Notes under the pieces: model-generated | What the model was told of the DNA's origin: nothing | Seen by the model: the letters and a program-made list of their open reading frames with translations, nothing else | The model's database searches: none | Translations under genes and position numbers: made by a program | In this document: positions 47,436 through 58,560 of the stretch, piece by piece | Layout of the letters: each line of letters starts with the position of its first letter | Numbering within the stretch: the first letter of the stretch is position 1 | Source: Camelus dromedarius | Taxonomy: Eukaryota | Direction: 5' to 3' | DNA: 64,000 nt | Assembly (NCBI RefSeq): GCF_036321535.1 | Contig: NC_087436.1 | Coordinates: forward strand, 79,858,001-79,922,000

Positions 47436-48639
47436 TTTTCCCCTCATTGTGGTCTGTGGGTAGAAAAAAAGTCCTCCTGGGAATTGAAGAAAGTAATGGT
47501 AGCTGGTAAATAAACATACTTGGAGTATATCTACCTCTGCAAAACTTCCCCAGACAGGAAGTGGACAGACAGTATTACCTCATTAAAGAGGGCATGCATA
47601 GAAGGAGTGACAGAGCTGTATCAGATAACCCTTCTTGAGAAAGAAAATGGCTTTATTTTATACTTTAAAGATATTCTAAAATATTTGTCCGTCTAAATGT
47701 AGCCAAATATTTCCTCCTTGGGGAGAAAGCAGTCTCTATTATTAATATTTTTTCATAAAACAAAGGGAAACTATGGCTCTTACCCTTACATTTCATAAAC
47801 ATTACTTGCTATTACCACTTTTCTTATTTATATAGAAATCACTTGAACATTCATAGGAAGAACAAACAACAAAAGCATTTCCCCTTTTTCTAGTATACAT
47901 TTTATTTGTTTATAAGTACTACTGAAATATTCTTAATTCTTTATTGCTAAAAGGTGAGTGAACTAGCTAGGTAGAAAGCCTCTTATAGTAAGTGACATTT
48001 ATTTAAAAATATACTTGCTTTTGCCTAATAGTACTATAATGAGGTAGAAATTAGATCACAGGGACAAAAGTGCCACACATGGTTTGCTTGGTTGTTTCTT
48101 ACAGAGAACAGAAAAGAAGCAAGGAGCTAATCTATTTTAAAATAAGTCTAGCTCCAAGATGGTGTGACGAAATAATCTTTGTACTCATTAAGGATCTATT
48201 AGTGTTTCCGCTAACTGGAGCCTTTCCCACGATTATAAAGGACAGAATATCTCAGATAGCTGCATGAGAAATCTGTACCTCCGTCGTACACTGTAAAGGG
48301 TCACTTTGTACTTGAGATGGTATTATTTACCACAACAAAGTTGAAGTATGGGTTGATAAAAGAACAAACAATAACTATTTGGTACTTGCCTTAGTAAAGA
48401 AAATGATTTCAAATATTAAATATTCCTTAAAGGGGAGAGGAAAAATTAAATTTAAGGCTCAAAAGAGTGGGATGTTTATTAGCAGAACCGGAGGTAAAAT
48501 GATGCGTGTCTGACACAAGGAACAGCTTATTAGAAGACGCCTGTGAAGTACATTTGCTTGTTACAGATCTGTGCCAAGTTCAAATCCCCGAGAAGAGACA
48601 AAGTACCTGTGTGTTTAAACTTAGCACAGTGTGTCAGAC

Positions 48640-49170
48640 AGTGTCACACAGGACTCATTCTTTTGCAAGTGACAGAAAGCCCAACTCAACCTGGTTTAAA
48701 TAAACCTTTTGAAAAGGAAATGTATTGGCTTATAGTAGTGGAAAGTCTAGGGAGAGATAGGCCTTCAGGTAGGGCTGCATTCAGATTTCAAACAGTATCC
48801 TCAGAACTAGCTTTCCCTCTGCTGTCCTTTGTGTAACATATTGAATTCTTTTAGTTCCACATCATCACAAGATAGCTGCAGTTTTGCCTGCCTCATATTT
48901 TTTCAGGTTCAAGTCAAATGAGTCAGCGAGGCCTGAGAGGCACTCTGACTTCATGGGCTGAGATCATGTGCCGCCATCACCAGGAGAACTGGTGCTTTGA
49001 GTTCGGGCGGGATCACAGGCACCAGCCTGTGGAGCTTGGGGTAGCACCCCACGCATACCACATGGACTAAAAACAGGTGCATAGCCAAATAAAAAAGCGG
49101 AGTCTGTTGCTGGAATAAGGGAAGCTTTATGATAAAGAGGCAAATAAAAATTGACTCCAATATGCCACAT
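48640..49170 (-). mobile_element. MLT1K/L-like MaLR LTR
   Basis: TTTGCAAGTGACAGAAAGCCCAACTCAACCTGGTTTAAA..GGAAATGTATTGGCTTA..GGAAAGTCTAGGG..CACAAGATAGCTGC. Confidence 0.8.
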
Positions 49171-49289
49171 CTCACCAGTCTTGCAGTAAATATTCCACCC
49201 TTCTCACAATTTGAGACACTTACCCATAGAGATTTGGGCTGGTAGTAATAAAGGATAAAGAAGCAACGTCTCTTTAAACTGGAGTTAGG

Positions 49290-50180
49290 AGACTGTGCAA
49301 ATTGTCCGCCGCGTTTAGCACCAGTGTAGAGTGGTGCAAATACTCATTCTAGTCACAAAGGGCAACATTAACAGTGAGTAACAAAGCGCCTCGTGATACC
49401 GCTATGGTAAGAAAAGTTAGCTTCAGCTCACCAGCCTCCTGTCACATTTTGTGCATTTTCTTTTTTGTGCATTTTTGGTGGTTAAACCACAAGGAGGAGA
49501 AGAACCAGGCAGTCGGGCCTGGGCCCTGCTCGAGCGGGCAGCTGGACTGGGAGAGGAGGAGGAGCGTGGCCAGCCAAGTGGCAGAGCCCCGGGACAGTTA
49601 CGTCTCCAGGTGCACCACAAAGGGGCTTAGCAGTGCCAACCAGTGACGAAGGCAGAGAGAAACCACAGGCACGGCTGGAGCGAGCTGCAGCAAAGCTGTG
49701 TGGCACTGTGCGGGAGACCACACGCCCTGTGAATTCTACGCAACATCCACTACAAACCCTGACAGTTCGAGAGTTTTCTGGATCTGGGCCCGAATCAGGA
49801 AGGCCTTTGACTCCAAAAAATGAAGTTCTCATAAGTTGCAAAAAAAGGTCAAGTTAAGAAACACTTAACAATGACTAGACAGAAGGCATTGATCTGAGGC
49901 TAGGTGTTAATGTCCATTTACATCTAGCTTCAGACAGCACTTTTCTAGATGCTAATGCATAAACAAGATAACAATTGTTTATTAAAACATTAACAACTGT
50001 GAACTGCAGTGGGTCAAAAAACCACTAGCGTTGGTTAGATTATTTTGTTCATTTCACATCTCCCTCCGGCAGCAGGTGCACAGCTGCAGGCGCAGTGCCC
50101 CGCAGACGCTAGCAACCTGCAGAGAGCAGGCATCACAAACGCAGCGCTAGCTCCGCAGCTGTCAACGTCCCAGTTTTATG
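49290..50180. promoter_or_regulatory. CpG-retaining candidate enhancer with RUNX and E-box clusters
   Basis: Four ACCACA in 49486-49722; CAGGTG and two CAGCTG in 50073-50161; more CpGs than the flanks; no recognisable repeat. Confidence 0.4.
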
Positions 50181-50648
50181 CACTATCCTACTGGTTTTCA
50201 TTGCCTTACTTTTTTCTTAACCATTCTAAAACCTCAGTATGAACAGATTTTACATTTTATTGTTTTAATACCAAAAGTTTCTATTCCTCCAATTAATAAG
50301 GAAAGTCTTTGATATGCAATAATAATTATATATTCTTCTTATGTAAAAATCATGACGGTTAAATAAGACAGCATGTATCCCATCCAAGCACCTAACGCTA
50401 GAGAGTGAGTCACCTGGCAAGTAGCTCAGCCTGGCCAGTCGCCCAGCCTGTAGTATCACGGGTCTTCCTGAGGTGTGGGTTGGTGACAAGGGTAAATATA
50501 TCACCTGGAAAATGCCTGATAAATTCCATAAATTAGTGCCACAATTTGACTGAAAATTCCTGAAGGCACAGGCTTATATCATACTTACATTTTCCTCAAA
50601 GCTGAGTACCATAAAATGCATACATTGACAGCACTGGGTGAAAAAATA

Positions 50649-50682
50649 AAAGAGAGAGAGAGAGGGAGAGAGAAAGAGAAAG
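50649..50682. repeat. GA-rich simple repeat
   Basis: Read directly. Confidence 0.85.
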
Positions 50683-51886
50683 ATGAGAACTTTTCTGTAA
50701 AAGAATAGGAAAGTGAGAACTTCGAACTCTTGAAAATAGATAATTTGCCATGTGGTTCCAAAAATTTAGCTGTCTCTTGATTTTCTTGGGATGGTGCCAA
50801 AGGCTTCCCAGAGATAGTGGTGCTTGAGGGGGATTTTAAAGAAGAGTAGGAACACACAAAGACGTGCATTCCAGAGAGAATGATCAGCAGGCACAAAGGC
50901 ACAGAGATGGGGTTCTGTGTGGCCACCGAGCAAGATGATACGTAGAATAATACTACTGTGGGAGCAGTGATGGGGAAGGGGTGACCGGTGGGAGAGGAGC
51001 CAGACATTTAGACAAAAAAGAGATTTTAGAGGTTTTGCTGCCTATGCAAAGGTATTTAGTGTTTTACACAGCTTCCAAAAGCAACTATTGAAGAAATCTG
51101 AGGACAGAAAGAAGCAAATGATTTTCTGGTAAAGGAATGGAGCAGGAACACGATGGAGGAAGACCACAGGCAGGCAACAGCACGTGGGCCTTTGTCATAA
51201 TCCAAGTGCACGTGACGAAGGCCTGACTGGGGCCAAGGCTGTAGGATGGGGGAAGAGGTATGGACACAGAAGATAAGTGGTAAGGTTTCCCCCCAAATTG
51301 CTATCACAGTGGAATTCTTTCTATCAGACAAAACCTTGCACTTACATGGGACCCTACGGCAGGGTCGTTCTGTCCAGGTGGCGCCCCTGCCTTCCACCTT
51401 CTCACCCCACTAGGCATACTTTGAAAATCACTGGGGAACCGCCAAGCTTTGGTATCCGTCTGCATGTGGCCTGAGCAAGTGAGAGGGACCTGGCAGGACT
51501 CTTGGTTTCCCAGTTTCGGCAACTTGGTAGAGATTGAGGTGACCATGCTCAGTTCTTCCTGCTGAATCCCCTTCTCATTGTCCCCAGTTTGTTCTTTGTT
51601 CAATCTTCCTACTGAAGTTTTACAATGAAAACTGCTACCAGGGCAGGGGCTTTGAGCCAGGTAGCAAAATGAGGTTACCAATGAAATCTAATGATTTCAA
51701 AGTTAAAAAAGTAATAATAAAACGTGACCCTACTAGCCATTTTTTTAGGGGTACATACAGCATAATGTCCACAGGTCTCAATTCTAATTTTCACATAGTT
51801 ACCTGCTTTCAAAATGAGGTTTAAATTTCTTTTTTTGAGCTAAGTTCTAGTGACAGTAATTTCCATGGTGTGTGTGATGTGTAATA

Positions 51887-52221
51887 CAGTTGACCTGTGG
51901 ATAACACAAAGGTTAGGGTTGCTGACCCCCCACACAGTTGAAAAATCCATGCACTGCTGCTCTCTCTGCCTCAAAAACAAAGGAACTGATAAATGACTCA
52001 CCCAAGGGCAGGAAGCTGAAATAGCTTGGACAGAATCAGGACTCAAACCCTAGTTCTTTTGATTCCACATACTGTGTTCTCTAATCCAGCACAAACTTTC
52101 CCCCATACTTAGTTAATTTAAAGACCTGTAAAATGGAAATAAAAATACTGAATTTATTGAAAAAAATCTGCACATAAGTGGACCGATGTAGTTCAAACTT
52201 GCATTGTTCAAGGGTCAACTG
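51887..52221. mobile_element. Tigger2-family (MER8/Tigger2a-like) MITE with MIR-derived interior
   Basis: TIRs CAGTTGACCTGTGGATAAC and TTGTTCAAGGGTCAACTG, each flanked by TA. Subterminal GGTTAGGGTTGCTGACCCCCCACACAGTTGAAAAATCC and TTGAAAAAAATCTGCACATAAGTGGACC. Confidence 0.88.
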
Positions 52222-52284
52222 TATATAATATTTTTATATATATATATACTTATTTAATGTAAATTATATAAAGAATCATTTAGA

Positions 52285-52420
52285 TTTCATTCATTAAATC
52301 AATCATTTACCCATCAAATGCTTACTCGCTGCCTACCATGTACCAGACATAGGGCAGTGGACAAGAGCAGGTCGATACCCTTCTCTCATGGAGTTGACAT
52401 GGAGTGGAAAGCGAATCATT
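52285..52420 (-). mobile_element. L2 3' end
   Basis: TTCATTCATT..CAAATGCTTACT..GCCTACCATGTACCAGACA..CTCTCATGGAGTTGACA. Confidence 0.8.
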
Positions 52421-53799
52421 TCTTGACTGTACTTCAAGGATAAGGTCTGTTGCAGAAATGAAGCCCACTGTCTGCTCTACCATTCCAGTCTGGCAGCCCT
52501 GATTCAGTGCTGTGACTTGCAGCAGCACGATGGGGATCACAGGGGCTTAAGAGCTGGGCAGTGACACCAGAGAGATGGAGTAATTTGGCCTTTATGTTTC
52601 TCATCAGCATCACTTTGCACTTTGGATCAAATCTTGACATGGACTGTCGGCCTCTCTTCAACATCAAAAAGGTAATGTATGCTTCAGTTTTATTGAAACT
52701 TGGGATGTTGGGCAGGTAAATGATTACTAACTTTGACTAGAGGATGACTGAGGGGCCGTGAGAGTGACAGTGAAATTGCACACCTCCTCTCTCTCTCTTT
52801 CTCATAAGCTTCTAGATTTGCACACACTATCCCTTTTTGCCTTCCTCCAGCCTTGTTTATGGGATGACATAGAACTTGAAGCAAACATGGCTTGCAGATT
52901 CCATCCCCGGCAGTGCTCTTCTCTTAAGTTTGTTTAAATGATTACTAGAATTTCCTTATTCTACTTATTGAGCTTCCTTTCATTTGACCTACATAGATCG
53001 AATCCCGCTTTCCGCCATTTCACTCGCGTCTTTGCAATCTGCCCAGTCACCGTGCTATTTCTAACTTCCCATTACTGCATCACTGTGGCTCTGATCACTT
53101 CACTTCCCTGTTAACAATAAATGAAACAAAACCCTTCTGAGCTTTCCCGTATCTCACGTACTCCTTAGCAGACATTTAAGGTTCTCTGCAGTCAGAACCC
53201 AATCCTCCCTTCTAGGCACACCTTCCTCTTCCACCTCAGTCCTGGACCTGGCAGGTAGTCGCACACCTCCACTCTTGCTCACGCCCGTCGTTAGTGCGTC
53301 TGTGATGCCCCGTCTTTGATCCCCATCCACCAGAATAACATGGCTATAGCGAGGATACCCCACGTTGTCTCTGGCCTTGATGTCTCCCCAGTGTACAAGA
53401 AACCAATCATCCTGTTTGATTTGGTTGGTTAATACATTTCCTTTTCCCTTAAACTTTTTTCTTCCAACAAAAGCCCTTATTTTAGAGTTCCAGGTTTGTG
53501 CTGCTTTTCTGTGTCATTATTGCCATCCTTTTAATACTAGGACAAACAAAATCAAGGCAAATTTCATTCTTCCATCTAGATAATGATTCCTGGCGATGAT
53601 TTTGACATGAAAGAGTACATTGTGTGAATGGGACTGTGTAGTGTAACCCACACAGAATAAGCAAAATATAGGAAGTCTAAATTGCCATTTATGAGCATGA
53701 AGTTGTGAAACATAAAATGAGTAGTGAATTGAGTCTCCACAAGGAAAGAACAGGGATCTCTTTAAAGATCTTGAATATCAAGGGAAACTGAATTTAGAT

Positions 53800-53935
53800 C
53801 GTTGTCCAGAAATCTGCATACAGATTGGCTGTTTCTCTGAATTCTCTGAGCATGTCATAGCTTTAGAGGGTCCAGAACAGTGCTTGATACATGGGAGACT
53901 CACGATAAATACTTGTTGATTGATTTACAATGAAC
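53800..53935 (+). mobile_element. L2 3' end
   Basis: CCAGAACAGTGCTTGATACATGGGAGACTCACGATAAATACTTGTTGATTGA. Confidence 0.7.
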
Positions 53936-54175
53936 TCAAAAAGGAAAGGACCAGAGGGGTAGGCCCAAGAAGTAAGAAAAACAGGAAGAACTCATGACGT
54001 AACTTAAAGGCAATGCTGCAGAAAAGCACCTTGACCACCTACAATTCCACTTGAGTTACCTCCTTAAAAATATTTCATCCTCCTTTCCTTTTATATTTTC
54101 CACAGCTCTGATCAGCCCAGTATATGGGTAAGTATCTAATATCTTCAGAGTGTGTAATAAATGCCTGTATTTATT

Positions 54176-54265
54176 TATTTATTTTTTAAGTAGAGGCACT
54201 GGGAATTGAACCCAAGACCTTGTGCATGCTAAGCACACTCTCTACCACTGAGCTCTACCCCTTGG
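54176..54265 (-). mobile_element. tRNA-Ala-derived SINE (camelid vic-1 type), second copy
   Basis: Minus strand GGGGTAGAGCTCAGTGGTAGAGAGTGTGCTTAGCATGCACAAGGTCTTGGGTTCAATTCCCAGTGCCTCTA plus (TAAA)n. TSD ATGCCTGTATTTATT (54161-54175) / ATGCCTGGATTTATT (54266-54280). Confidence 0.9.
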
Positions 54266-54559
54266 ATGCCTGGATTTATTGTTATCTCTCTTTGAGTTTT
54301 AGGAAATGTTGCATCCTCAAGCGTGCCCTATTGAAAAGTTACGTAGCTTCAAGAAGTCTAGCACTTTAAAGTATCAAGAGATAACTCCTTAGAGGGGAAG
54401 AGGTCATGATATTTATGACAAGAGCTAAGGGAAATGAGGCACGAGAGAGACACGTTGTGAGGACTTCAGGAGGGAGGTGGGGGCTCTCTGGAGGCCAGCT
54501 CTGACTGGAGGTTTGTATAAAACTGTGGTGCAGGAGAACCTAGTGCATGGGGCTGGCTT

Positions 54560-55121
54560 TTTTTCTATCTTTCTCTTTGCTCAGCATTCCCTTCCCTCCT
54601 TCTCCTGCCTCAGGCAAAGGCGTGCAGGGGAAAATCTCCTTGGCGGTCACTTCCCTTCGCTCCCCTTTGCTCCCTCAGGCCTGTTCTCACTCTGCTCTGA
54701 GCCGTGGGAGGCTTAGCTGCGGTGGGCCATCCCACTGGAGCGCGCCTGCGGCCAGCCAGAGGAAGGGCAGAGAGTGAGGCCGGGGCATTTGTTCTCCTGG
54801 TTCTCACTCTGGGGGGTTGCTGAGGGTGGGCCTTGACCAAAGCTCCAGAGCCCCAGACACTGGGCTTCACATTCCCCCCCGCTCCCGCCTCCCTCCCTCC
54901 CCTGCCTCCCTCCCTTTCTTCTGGTCAGTACCTCCTGCCCCTGCCTTCCAGGTTGTGCAAGGCATTGTCCACACTCAGGATATGTGTCCTGGAGAAGAGT
55001 ATTATTCCTTATGGTTTCCCAGACCCTACACACTTTTGTAAACATGCTTTTTATTAAACTTACATTGAATTATCCAATCTGAGTGGGCCGTCTCTTTTCT
55101 GCTGGGATCCTGACTGACTCA
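54560..55121 (+). mobile_element. LTR33-like ERVL solo LTR
   Basis: 3' end CCCTACACACTTTTGTAAACATGCTTTTATTAAACT..AATTATCCAATCTGAGTGGGCCGTCTCTTTTCTGCTGGGATCCTGACTGACTCA. 5' boundary uncertain. Confidence 0.8.
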
Positions 55122-56234
55122 ACCTCTTACTTTACAGGGAGATTCAGCTGACAACATTGCATCCCCAAAGAGCTAAATATCTGATTTGGAAGCTGCTCAT
55201 ATGAACATTTTATTGTAAAAGACTAAGGTTTTTTGTTTGTTTGCTTTTGTTTTTGTCTTGTTTTGTTGCTAGCTATTAGGTAAATAGTTTCTGAAGACCT
55301 ATTTACAAATGGAATCTTTTATAAAATTCCAATTCCATGAGGTCCCATTAATCATGCTTATTATGTACAGAGAAAGAAGCAGGTTTCTTCTTACTTTTTA
55401 TCAAACTATTATTAATATTTCTCTCCAAATACACATCAGGTTTCCTTTTTTCTTCAATGCCCACTAAAGATTCTAAGTCATGTCTTATGAAGGGAACCCT
55501 GAAGAGCCAAGACATTATTCTTCAGCCTGCCTGGCTGCTCCACATTTGAGAGAAATAAATTAGATTGCACCAATTAAATGACTTTAATAAACTCATTGTT
55601 TTCAATGCTGGAGTGGTGTGTGACTTTTGGAGCAGAGCAGGGTATAAATTCCATTTCTCTAGCAGAACTCACTGCTGCACCATCGTCTTCAAACAATATG
55701 TACTGTCCCCAGCAAAAGATTCTGGAAGGAGAGAAGAGAGATTATATATGGTAGCAGAGCCTTTTAAAATGGAGGAGATAAAAGCAAAAGATTTGTCAGG
55801 GCATAGGGAACCATGCCCCACTATGTGGTAGACCAGCTGGCAGCTGGGCTTATGCCCAGCACACAAGGAAACCAAACCCAAGAGAAAAGAGCCATCACAG
55901 GACCCAAACTTTTATTACAACTGGATGACGTTATGATTTTTATTCCCTGATGACAGTAGATTGGCAAACTGTCTGAGCTTCCATTTGATGTTTAAAATAG
56001 TTAATCACCACCCAATCATATAAGAAGATCTTCAAATTGTGAGAGTCTGACAATGGGTAAGTTAACAGCCAAGAGCAGCTCTTTGAAGTTTTCCTTTGAA
56101 GCCTGGAGGAAGCAAAAAACATGTTAGCTAAGGTCCCTGTGTAGCACCCAGATGGCTCCTGCTTTGTACTCGGGCTTTGCCCAGGTTCAAAGTTCAGATT
56201 TGTTCAGCTCCTTTTAGAACTTTACTCTGTGCCA

Positions 56235-56570
56235 CACTGCTGTGTGGTGATTTGGACCCTGGGGTCTGGATGAGATTATCCGGGTTCAAGTGCCAACATC
56301 ATCTACCTTCATGTGACCCAACTGGGTGCCCAGTTAGGCGCCCAACTGACCTCTTGTTTCTTCACTTCCCTATCTCTAAAATTAGGATGAAAAATAATGC
56401 CTATTTCCAATGATTGTCATAATAATTAAATGAGATAATGCATTTGTTCATTAAAGGTATTAAATTAAAACTCATTGAAAGTTATGAAATGAGTTATACA
56501 TGAAATGCTTTAGGAACTGAGCCAGGCATGTGGTAAATGCTCAATAAATGTGAATTGTCATCATCATCAT
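56235..56570 (+). mobile_element. MIR SINE, near full length
   Basis: CCGGGTTCAAGTGCC..CTCTTGTTTCTTCAC..TAAAATTAGGATGA..ATTAAATGAGATAATGCAT..CCAGGCATGTGGTAAATGCTCAATAAATGT. Confidence 0.85.
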
Positions 56571-57074
56571 TGTGTAAAGTGTTCAGCATTTTGTAAAGTG
56601 GTTAAAAATATTAGCTATTTTTATCATTATCTTCCCAGAATTTGCCATCCTAGCCATATTGCGTGTTTATCAATAAACTGTCAGAATAACATTTTTCACG
56701 AATTCCTTTTCAGTGAGAGTGTGTGCTCAGCTAGCAATGATGCACTATTGATTGAAAACGGTAACTGTATTCTTGACGGTAACTGTGTTTTCTTTTCTCC
56801 AGGTGGAAATGTTCTGCTTATCTCTTGATTTTTCAGGGCCGGAAAACGAGGGCATCATAAAAGACATGTGTTTGGTATAGGTTTCCCAATAAAACTGTTT
56901 TCGTGCCCTGCTTTTTGTTCTTTTTATCTTTCTGGAGCATTTGCTTTTGGCAGGTAATTAACATCCGTTTTTCAAATGATATTTCTAAATAGTCTCCTAT
57001 ACTGTACATAGGGGATACAGCAAGTTTAAAAAAAAGTCAAAATTTTGAATTAAAAGAAATTTTAGACCATTTAG

Positions 57075-57240
57075 TCAAAAGATGGAACATATGTGCCAAT
57101 ACTTCCATCACATACACACGCGCACACACACGCTCACCCACAGGCATTGCTAATAGATGCTATAGTCATTCATGCGGCCTTGGTTACAGCTTCAGAATCC
57201 ATCTCAGCACAGCACACCAGGTAACTGCTTCCAATGAGTA
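57075..57240. mobile_element. MER102-like hAT-Charlie element with CA-rich tract
   Basis: GGCATTGCTAATAGAT..CAGCTTCAGAATCCATCTCAGCACAGCACACCAGGTAACTGCTTCCAAT. Confidence 0.65.
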
Positions 57241-58454
57241 ATAAAATAAAATCTAGTGGGCAAAATATAATATGCTCTGCAAAAGATCACACACCCAAAT
57301 ATTAGCAGAGTTAAATCCAGCACGCAGTATTTCCAGATGTGGGGGATTCACGTTTACAACACAGTAAACGAAAATTGTGCTTACAAACAAATTTCATGAG
57401 ATTCTCCAAAGCTATTTCTGTCTTCCAGAGCAAACTGTATGAAGAAACAAGCTCTGGTCACATCTCACATAAAGTTTGTTTCTCAATAGGAGTCTGTGGA
57501 CTGGCTTAAAAATCTGTGCTTTTACTCACTTCACGTCCTATTCTAGCTTTCATAAAAAATCAGCCGGATCCTTAACAACCCATAGGAAGATTTGTTCAGT
57601 GTCAGAAATGGAATTGACTGATGAGCCAGAGACACCTGTCTTCAGCGTTGCCAGTGGTGACTATCAGGGAAGTAACTTTTGCACTTGACACGCTTCCAGG
57701 GCTGGCCTGCCCCACCACAGAGCCTCTTGGAGAGTCTCCGTCACGCACTTCCCCAGCAAGTTCCATTCTGGGAGCTTCAGTTTTCACTTGGCCGCACTGG
57801 AAGGTCTAGCAAGAGTCGTGTCTGCTTTTGCCTCAAGGTTCAGATTCAGGGAATGTTTCCTTAATTAGTGTATGACATCAATCTGAAGTAAGTCCAACAG
57901 ACTCTCTGGCAAGAAACCCAGCCAGTATCAGGAAGGGGCAGTATCAGAAGGTTATGTAGTCATCAGATGTTATGCAGAGAACGGCCCTGAGAACTGGAGA
58001 GAAAGGCAGTTCCTGCCCTATAGGATGCAGAATCCCACGGGGTCTTGCGGTGAACAGACCTCCCTCCCTCCTCACCCTTACAGTACCAGACCTGGTGTAG
58101 GAGTTATGGGAGACGGGTGGTGGAAAGGGAGTGCTGAATCTGCCCCCCAGCCACCTCCTCCTTTTTCCCAAAACCGTGTGTTGAATTCAGCTTAACTTCA
58201 CTCAGGAGATACTTCAGTTACACTAAAGCGCTCTCTCCCGCCCCACCTTCCATATTGGTGTGTGCACATCAGCCAGCTCTGACAGATTCTCTCTATGGAG
58301 ACTGGGAAATGCTGCCTGGTGGATTCTTACAGTTATTCACTCCCAAGAGTTTTTCTTGGAACATCAGAGTTACAGTGACATAAGGCCTAGATGACCATTC
58401 AGAGTAAAAAGATTTGCCATACTTATCCCCTCCCTCCGTGCTGAGATGGCTACA

Positions 58455-58560
58455 AATAGTAGTAATAATTCTACCTTCCATTTACTAAGCTTGGCAACGT
58501 TCAAGAGCCTCCAGATGAAAGATCTCATTTGATTTCTCATGCTTTGCACAGGAGGAGATG
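58455..58560 (-). mobile_element. MIR 3' fragment
   Basis: AATAATTCTACCTTCCATTTACTAAGC..GATCTCATTTGATTTCTCA. Confidence 0.5.

Noticed and set aside
49290..50180. CpG-island promoter
   Set aside because: By eye, CpG density is only modestly raised and is broken by AT-rich DNA; no first-exon structure is evident. Kept only as an enhancer candidate.
54190..54262. tRNA-Ala(AGC) gene
   Set aside because: Tail, 15-bp TSD, mutated A box and broken acceptor stem indicate a SINE.
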